Part shown: piece after piece, positions 1 to 4,367 of the stretch
Position numbering within the stretch: position 1 is the stretch's first letter
Layout: each line of letters starts with the position of its first letter
DNA from: a virus
Length of the DNA: 12,202 bases
Direction: 5' to 3' (one strand)
Virus record (IMG/VR): IMGVR_UViG_3300036828_000401
The notes under the pieces: generated by a model
Seen by the model: only the letters and a program-made list of their open reading frames with translations
Told to the model about the DNA's origin: nothing
The model's database searches: none
Made by a program: the position numbers and the translations under genes

Positions 1-312
1 GGCATGGGCATAGGCGCGCCAAACCGGACCATGATCCGATCGGCCGTGTTCATGGGTTTGTATGACGTGTGCTAGTTCATGCAAGAACACGTCGCGCAAA
101 CCTTCGCCGCTTAGGCGACGATGCAAACCAACGCTTTCTTTGTAGCGCTCGCCTGTCGCGATGCTGCGCGTAGACTTGTAGTAACCTGCGCGCCTTATTT
201 GGCGCATCCGTACTACCGGAATCCGCGCGATGGCCGGCCATTGGTCGCCCGCAACTTTGTGTAGCGTATCGATTAAGCCTAGTGCTCGCGCGTAGTCTTG
301 GATTGTTTCCAT
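1..312 (-). CDS. SprT-like (HExxH) zinc metallopeptidase domain protein; N-terminal 104 codons, 3' end runs off the window
   Basis: Own translation from ATG at 312-310: METIQDYARALGLIDTLHKVAGDQWPAIARIPVVRMRQIRRAGYYKSTRSIATGERYKESVGLHRRLSGEGLRDVFLHELAHVIQTHEHGRSDHGPVWRAYAHA..., open to position 1. HELAH followed by H-x-HG-x-VW is the SprT-like signature. The ATG is preceded by GGAGACAGGCACA. It is missing from the supplied track because it has no stop in the window. Confidence 0.8.
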   Translation of the reverse strand, partial: METIQDYARALGLIDTLHKVAGDQWPAIARIPVVRMRQIRRAGYYKSTRSIATGERYKESVGLHRRLSGEGLRDVFLHELAHVIQTHEHGRSDHGPVWRAYAHA

Positions 313-330
313 TGTGCCTGTCTCCGATCG

Positions 331-365
331 ATTTTCGTTTCAACCTTGCTTAACTTGTCTTGGTG
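331..365 (-). repeat. 35-nt dispersed direct repeat, copy 1 (CACCAAGACAAGTTAAGCAAGGTTGAAACGAAAAT on minus strand)
   Basis: 30/35 identical (ungapped) to 2068-2102, and 19/20 over the GCAAGGTTGAAACG-containing half. This copy overlaps the 3' end of micro-ORF 340..438. Confidence 0.7.
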
Positions 366-438
366 AGAATAGAAAGCAAGTAATCTTTGGGTTGGCTTCG
401 GCTCGCGAGCCAATTAGCGCCCACATTATGATATTCAT
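340..438 (-). CDS. micro-ORF, 32 aa (MNIIMWALIGSRAEANPKITCFLFSPRQVKQG)
   Basis: ATG at 438-436 sits directly behind an exact GGAGACAGGCACA block and overlaps the upstream stop as ATGA. It corresponds to the tail of track ORF 340..537. Confidence 0.5.
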   Translation of the reverse strand: MNIIMWALIGSRAEANPKITCFLFSPRQVKQG

Positions 439-623
439 TGTGCCTGTCTCCCTTGGTTCTCGATTAGCTCGAAATGATAGATTGTCTCTTGGTCTAGGCC
501 ATTGCGCACATTGTGTAATCGATAGCATGGCCAGCAAACTAAAAGGCCTTGGTCTTTATCGCGGCCGCACATAGGACAATGTTCGCTAGCGCGGATGTTT
601 GGATAATCGATTGTGTAATTCAT
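435..623 (-). CDS. small Cys4 zinc-ribbon-like protein, 62 aa
   Basis: Track ORF. CPMC...CWPC gives two CxxC pairs. ATG at 623 overlaps the stop of the upstream gene (ATGA). A degenerate motif, GGAGAGATTAGCAGC, lies upstream. Confidence 0.7.
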   Translation of the reverse strand: MNYTIDYPNIRASEHCPMCGRDKDQGLLVCWPCYRLHNVRNGLDQETIYHFELIENQGRQAQ

Positions 624-1435
624 GCTGCTAATCTCTCCGATACAGCCTTAGCCCTAGCTTGGTTAACCTTGGTCTTGGGCGAGTATGAACTTAGGCCTTT
701 AAGCGCCTTTAGCGCTTCGGCCGCTCGCGAACCTTTAGGTTGAACGCTATGAATTAACAGCGCGAATTGATGGCACTTAGGATCAAAGGCGTGACTATCA
801 TCGTGGTCAATCTCAAGGCCTAAGCGCGAAGCTTCTTCGATCGAAAAGACTACGATCGCGGATCGAAGATTGTGCTTTTGAATAAGACCATCCCATAGCC
901 CGCCATAGCTCGCAGTTATAATCAGGTTTGCTGGCACGCTAGCGCGATTGTCAATCCATGTTCGGATAGACTTAGTGTAAGCGTAGAAAATGAGCGAAGG
1001 GTTACGCTTCGCAACTTCGCACCAAGCTAGAAAATACGCTTGATTAAAGAAGTCTCCCGAAACGTGGATACGGATAACGTTGGTCTTAGCCGGAAGGGTT
1101 AAGAGCGATCGCGAGATTAGATCCGCCATCGCGGCACTATCGTTTAGGTGCTTCTTGAGCAGATCGAAGTTATGCCAGCGCTGGCGTCTAGTGTCCTCAT
1201 ACTGGTTTTCTTCATTCGCAGCGAAGCATTGAAACGCCAAAGGCAGATCCGAATTGGTATTGGTTAATCCGCCTTGGCGTCCAACCTTGGCCTTGCAAAG
1301 GCTGGCACCTGGGCAGGTCCATCCGGCCGGTAAGCTAATTGTCTTGGCGTAGATTCCCTTGGTGCGCAAAGCGCGAAGCTTCGCGTTGGCGTCCGAGAAT
1401 TTGAGCCAACCTTTACTAGAGTAAACTTTTTTCAT
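620..1435 (-). CDS. GP88-like phage protein (PF17338-type), 271 aa, function unknown
   Basis: Track ORF 620..1465, trimmed to the ATG at 1435 (MKKVYSSKGW...) that follows GGAGACAGGCACA. The motifs SLPAGWTCPGASLC and IRIHVSGDFF...YAYTKS resemble, from memory, the phage Gene-88 family. The family assignment is not verified. Confidence 0.8.
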   Translation of the reverse strand: MKKVYSSKGWLKFSDANAKLRALRTKGIYAKTISLPAGWTCPGASLCKAKVGRQGGLTNTNSDLPLAFQCFAANEENQYEDTRRQRWHNFDLLKKHLNDSAAMADLISRSLLTLPAKTNVIRIHVSGDFFNQAYFLAWCEVAKRNPSLIFYAYTKSIRTWIDNRASVPANLIITASYGGLWDGLIQKHNLRSAIVVFSIEEASRLGLEIDHDDSHAFDPKCHQFALLIHSVQPKGSRAAEALKALKGLSSYSPKTKVNQARAKAVSERLAA

Positions 1436-1449
1436 TGTGCCTGTCTCCG

Positions 1450-1471
1450 AATCCTTTTCGGTCAAAGGATT
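1450..1471 (-). promoter_or_regulatory. 5'-leader hairpin between the cassette and the RBS of gene 620..1435
   Basis: AATCCTTT-GACCGA-AAAGGATT on the minus strand: 8-bp stem, 6-nt loop, followed directly by CGGAGACAGGCACAATG. Confidence 0.4.
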
Positions 1472-1473
1472 AA

Positions 1474-1516
1474 CTGTCTCCGATCTATTAGACGTAGCGA
1501 AGCGCTTGGTTATTCA
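1474..1516 (-). promoter_or_regulatory. promoter-like cassette TGAATAACC-AAGCGCTT-N18-GGAGACAG upstream of gene 620..1435
   Basis: Palindrome AAGCGCTT at 1500-1507, exactly 18 nt (1482-1499, containing GTCTAATAGATC), then GGAGACAG at 1481-1474, read on the minus strand. Confidence 0.45.
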
Positions 1517-1575
1517 ACGTTAGCTAGCCAAATAAGAAAACCGATTATTATGCCGATTATCACTAAGATAAACAT
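1510..1575 (-). CDS. micro-ORF, 21 aa hydrophobic peptide (MFILVIIGIIIGFLIWLANVE)
   Basis: ATG at 1575-1573 sits directly behind an exact GGAGACAGGCACA block. It encodes a single predicted transmembrane-like helix. It is below the track size cutoff. Confidence 0.45.
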   Translation of the reverse strand: MFILVIIGIIIGFLIWLANVE

Positions 1576-1590
1576 TGTGCCTGTCTCCGC

Positions 1591-2007
1591 TTAGATTGCT
1601 CGCGAGCTATCAAACGTTGCGCTGTTAACGATCGCGGTAATATCCGCATTGTAGAACATGGTAAATCGGTTTGGTCCCATCCGCTTATGGCCTTTCTCCG
1701 CGCCTAGGTATTCTGGCCATTCTTCAAAGCGGAACATGATGCAAGCGCGGCCGTCTAGAAGATTGTGGTGTGCCATCACATAGACGCTAGCACTAGGCCG
1801 ATTGCGCAATCGCGCGTGAAAGGTTACCTCTCCCATAACTGCAGATCCGCCAGCATTGTAGCGAACGGCCGATACTTCAAACGCGCGTGTTTCCAATTCG
1901 CGCTTGATAGCTCGCATAACCTTTCTGGCCTGTAATTCCCATGATCGTTTATTGTCACTAACCGCGTCTCCGCGATTGACGCCTAGTAACTTGCTCATTG
2001 TGTCCAT
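1591..2007 (-). CDS. hypothetical protein, 138 aa
   Basis: Track ORF 1591..2064, trimmed to the ATG at 2007 (MDTMSKLL...) preceded by GGAGACAGGAACA. No family recognised. Confidence 0.8.
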   Translation of the reverse strand: MDTMSKLLGVNRGDAVSDNKRSWELQARKVMRAIKRELETRAFEVSAVRYNAGGSAVMGEVTFHARLRNRPSASVYVMAHHNLLDGRACIMFRFEEWPEYLGAEKGHKRMGPNRFTMFYNADITAIVNSATFDSSRAI

Positions 2008-2020
2008 TGTTCCTGTCTCC

Positions 2021-2063
2021 CTGTCTCCAATACTTAGAACTGACCTAAGCGCTTGGTTATTCA
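2021..2063 (-). promoter_or_regulatory. promoter-like cassette TGAATAACC-AAGCGCTT-N18-GGAGACAG upstream of gene 1591..2007
   Basis: AAGCGCTT at 2047-2054, exactly 18 nt (2029-2046, containing TCTAAGTATT), then GGAGACAG at 2028-2021. A second motif copy serves as the RBS immediately after. Confidence 0.45.
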
Positions 2064-2067
2064 TTCA

Positions 2068-2102
2068 ATTTGCGTTTCAACCTTGCTAACGTAGTCTTGG
2101 TG
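2068..2102 (-). repeat. 35-nt dispersed direct repeat, copy 2 (CACCAAGACTACGTTAGCAAGGTTGAAACGCAAAT on minus strand)
   Basis: Intergenic, immediately upstream of the 2021-2063 cassette. A derivative lacking GTTGAAAC (TAGCAAGGCAAATT) sits at 2364-2377. Confidence 0.7.
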
Positions 2103-2105
2103 CCT

Positions 2106-2348
2106 TTAGTCCAAAACCCGTGCGATACGATCCGCAAAATCACTAGCCTTAACCGCGCCGTCAAAGCACTTAGACGCAAACGTGATATAACCCGAAGCTT
2201 TCGCGTTCTTAGAAAACGTCAAAAGTACTTCGCTCATAGCGTTGGCGATTGCTTCCATGCTGTAGTGTTCGCTTAGGTCGCGGATCGTGTTCTCTAGGTT
2301 CGCTCTCTCGCGATCGTTATACGCTTCCCGGTAGTTTGCTCGTTTCAT
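2106..2348 (-). CDS. hypothetical protein, 80 aa
   Basis: Track ORF 2106..2420, trimmed to the ATG at 2348 (MKRANYREAY...) preceded by the variant block AAGGAGACAGGGAAA. Confidence 0.75.
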   Translation of the reverse strand: MKRANYREAYNDRERANLENTIRDLSEHYSMEAIANAMSEVLLTFSKNAKASGYITFASKCFDGAVKASDFADRIARVLD

Positions 2349-2369
2349 TTTCCCTGTCTCCTTAATTTG

Positions 2370-2422
2370 CCTTGCTAGGGAGACAGGCCTAGGGTTTGAC
2401 CTAGGCCTGTCTAGTACCAAGG
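2370..2422 (-). promoter_or_regulatory. long intercistronic hairpin (terminator or RNA-processing site candidate)
   Basis: Perfect 13-bp stem AGACAGGCCTAGG/CCTAGGCCTGTCT (2381-2393 / 2400-2412) with a 6-nt loop. A further 5-bp helix, CCTTG/CAAGG (2370-2374 / 2418-2422), lies across an internal loop. No U-tract follows on either strand. Confidence 0.5.
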
Positions 2423-2423
2423 T

Positions 2424-3044
2424 TTAATAGATAGACTTGTCTCCGATCGCGTTCTTGCCTTTGACGGTAATCGCGCCGGCCTTATTGAGATATCCGGCGT
2501 CAATCAAGCTAGCTTTGGCGCTATTCCAACGATCGCGGGTTATAGGTTCGGGTTTGCTCGGATCGAATCTTCTAGACGATCGCATGTCTTCGATTGCCAT
2601 ATCGCAGCGATCGCGGCCGGCGTATGAGCTTTTACGACCGCGCGTATAGGCCAGCACCAAGGTTTGATCTTCGGTTAGCGCGGCCGATTGCTCGGTTATC
2701 AGAAGCGCTGCGTTAGATGGTCCAACAATGATGGTTAGACCTAGGTCTTTACCGCAAAAAATTGTGTGTTGGACGCAAGCAAACCCGGCCGGGATAGTCA
2801 CGCTATCAGCGCCTTGGATCTGCCGATCGAAACCCGATTGCGCTGGCATGGCCATTGTTTCGTACGTAGTCAGATTGACAAACGTGAAATAGTCGCGTGA
2901 TCCGCCATCCCAATAGGATCTAACGTCTATGGGATAGTCGCGAATTTCGATCGCGAATTTCTTACCGCGATATGCTGGAAACGCTACGCCAACGATCCGC
3001 GAAGTAAGCGGATCAAGCTTGTCTAGATAAATTCGGTTAGCCAT
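2424..3044 (-). CDS. hypothetical protein, 206 aa
   Basis: Track ORF 2424..3167, trimmed to the ATG at 3044 (MANRIYLDKL...) preceded by an exact GGAGACAGGCACA block. No family recognised. Confidence 0.85.
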   Translation of the reverse strand: MANRIYLDKLDPLTSRIVGVAFPAYRGKKFAIEIRDYPIDVRSYWDGGSRDYFTFVNLTTYETMAMPAQSGFDRQIQGADSVTIPAGFACVQHTIFCGKDLGLTIIVGPSNAALLITEQSAALTEDQTLVLAYTRGRKSSYAGRDRCDMAIEDMRSSRRFDPSKPEPITRDRWNSAKASLIDAGYLNKAGAITVKGKNAIGDKSIY

Positions 3045-3061
3045 TGTGCCTGTCTCCTTAT

Positions 3062-3106
3062 CTGTCTCCTTTATAGATTGGACGCCAAAGCGCTTCGGTT
3101 TATTCA
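3062..3106 (-). promoter_or_regulatory. promoter-like cassette TGAATAAACCG-AAGCGCTT-N18-GGAGACAG upstream of gene 2424..3044
   Basis: AAGCGCTT at 3088-3095, exactly 18 nt (3070-3087, containing TCTATAAA), then GGAGACAG at 3069-3062, followed by ATAA and the RBS copy. Confidence 0.45.
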
Positions 3107-3130
3107 AAGCGCCTTGGCAATATCGATCGG

Positions 3131-3373
3131 TTAATCTTGACGTTGACCGCAATTGAGGCAATCGCAATCGGGCGGATGGCTATGGCAATCAATCTCGTCT
3201 ATGGTCGCAAAATCCGCGACTTGACCATTAGGCCAGCGCCAACGGGTTAGGCGGCCGAATTGATAAACTCGGACGCCACAATATCTACAAGCTTTACCGT
3301 AGTAAGCATTGCGTTCGCCGGATGGCGGGATAAACCGAACCTTGATCCAATTGTGTTTCGATCGTTCATTCAT
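3131..3373 (-). CDS. small Cys/His-rich (zinc-binding-like) protein, 80 aa
   Basis: Track ORF. The ATG at 3373 is preceded by GGAGACAGGCACT. CRYC and CHSHPPDCDCLNC clusters are present. Confidence 0.75.
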   Translation of the reverse strand: MNERSKHNWIKVRFIPPSGERNAYYGKACRYCGVRVYQFGRLTRWRWPNGQVADFATIDEIDCHSHPPDCDCLNCGQRQD

Positions 3374-3395
3374 AGTGCCTGTCTCCCTGAATTGG

Positions 3396-3491
3396 CTATT
3401 TAGTCGCGATCGCGACTACGGTTAGAACGCAAACGCCAACGGCCGAAGCGTAGAACGCAAGGCCGAAGAACCAAAGTACTTTGTCTATCAT
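3396..3491 (-). CDS. micro-ORF, 31 aa hydrophobic peptide (MIDKVLWFFGLAFYASAVGVCVLTVVAIATK); first gene of the leftward arm
   Basis: ATG at 3491-3489 is preceded by GGAGACAGGC (spacer shortened by 3 nt). Own translation ends at TAG 3398-3396. It is below the track cutoff. Confidence 0.5.
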   Translation of the reverse strand: MIDKVLWFFGLAFYASAVGVCVLTVVAIATK

Positions 3492-3518
3492 GCCTGTCTC
3501 CATTTCAGATTCTAAACG

Positions 3519-3570
3519 CGCTATCCATATATAGCGAAGCGCTTAGCTTGTGTCTATAGATGAGACGCAA
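3519..3570. promoter_or_regulatory. fourth AAGCGCTT palindrome with flanking boxes on both sides (possible divergent promoter/operator)
   Basis: AAGCGCTT at 3537-3544. The leftward N18 is itself an inverted repeat, CGCTAT-N6-ATAGCG (3519-3536), containing TATATA. On the rightward side lies GTCTATAGAT followed by GAGACGC (3552-3569), which resembles the GTCTAATAGATC-GGAGACAG of the left-arm cassettes. Confidence 0.35.
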
Positions 3571-3815
3571 TCGGCCTAGGATATATTCAACCTAGGGAGA
3601 GAATAGGTTGGACGCTATCGGACGAAGCGCTGTTAAGGCCTGTCTTGGCTATCCGGCCGAACGGCCGTCTAATAGATCCTAAGTTAGTCCAAACCCAACG
3701 GGTTTGGTCTAACGCCTATTCGCTCTAGCGTCTCACACCATTGCCAACGGGCTACGCGGGTTAACCTAAAGTGCATTGGTGAGTATTCGCGAATTACTAT
3801 AGGTATTAGTACCAC

Positions 3816-3848
3816 GTCAGGAGTAGCACCCTGGCTGTCAGGAATAGC
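3816..3848. repeat. direct repeat GTCAGGA(G/A)TAGC x2 with 21-bp phasing
   Basis: Copies at 3816-3827 and 3837-3848, 11/12 identical, in the divergent intergenic region. The arrangement is operator/iteron-like. Confidence 0.5.
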
Positions 3849-3917
3849 GGAATGACTGACTATTCATGGGTAGCGGGTGATCGCATAAAGACGATTATGT
3901 CAACTAGCGCCGCCTAT

Positions 3918-3958
3918 GCGCGCTGAGAGCGCGCGGGGGAGGGACTGTGCGCGCGGGG
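3918..3958. repeat. GC-rich hairpin plus direct repeat GCGCGCGGGG x2 with 20-bp phasing
   Basis: Hairpin GCGCGCT-GAG-AGCGCGC at 3918-3934. Exact 10-mers at 3929-3938 and 3949-3958. Confidence 0.5.
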
Positions 3959-4077
3959 ATACCTTACCGGCCCACCCTTTCGCGGTAGGCTCTCCCCGAA
4001 TGTAACGTATCAACCCGCGTCTCTTTTCACTGGGGGGATTTCCTGGTAGGGGGAGGGGAGGACAATGGGGGGCAGTC

Positions 4078-4320
4078 ATGTTGATAGATGAAGTGACGGC
4101 GATGTCCAAGTCCCAGCAGGCACGCGCCAATGTGTTGGAGCGGCTGCGTATCGAGCTGTGGCACTTGGACTTCATGGACCAGACCAAGGTCGCCGAAGAA
4201 TTAATCAGCGACCTGACCGTGTGCTTGCAGCAGGCGCGCAGTAAGAAGGTCGAGTCCCTCCCCAGACCCAGCAGCAGCGCCAAACTGTTACCTCCCTTTG
4301 TGCCAAAGAAACAGCCCTAG
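4078..4320 (+). CDS. hypothetical helical protein, 80 aa; first gene of the rightward arm
   Basis: Track ORF with an ATG start and a G-rich upstream region. The composition matches the neighbouring plus-strand genes. No family recognised. Confidence 0.55.
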   Translation: MLIDEVTAMSKSQQARANVLERLRIELWHLDFMDQTKVAEELISDLTVCLQQARSKKVESLPRPSSSAKLLPPFVPKKQP

Positions 4321-4323
4321 GCT

Positions 4324-4353
4324 TTGACATAGCGCTTGCCCAAGTGCTACGGT
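4324..4353 (+). promoter_or_regulatory. sigma70-like promoter candidate
   Basis: TTGACA (4324-4329), an 18-nt spacer, then TACGGT (4348-4353). The -35 is consensus and the -10 is weak (TAnnnT). Confidence 0.35.
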
Positions 4354-4367
4354 TCCTCCGGACTAAG

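Noticed and set aside
77-343. Track ORF, 88 aa, minus strand, Arg-rich (MKRKSIGDRHNGNNPRLRAS...)
   Set aside because: It reads through the conserved GGAGACAGGCACAATG block in the wrong frame (GDRHNG) and starts at a TTG. The frame starting at the motif's ATG (312) gives a clean SprT-like HExxH protein that stays open to the window edge.
331-2102. CRISPR array
   Set aside because: Only two full copies of the 35-nt repeat exist, 1.7 kb apart, with genes between them. One copy is inside a coding region. This is not an array, so it is kept only as a low-confidence solitary-repeat idea.
3852-3926. 24-codon plus-strand ORF (MTDYSWVAGDRIKTIMSTSAAYAR) with AGGAA upstream in the control region
   Set aside because: It has no coupling, no hydrophobic or Cys pattern, and sits among regulatory repeats. 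The evidence is insufficient to call it.
3900-4283. Track ORF, 127 aa, minus strand, spanning the GC-rich end of the control region
   Set aside because: It is antisense to the better-supported gene 4078..4320. It has no start-codon motif, unlike every genuine leftward gene. Its Arg/Ser/Leu-rich composition is typical of antisense frames in GC-rich DNA.
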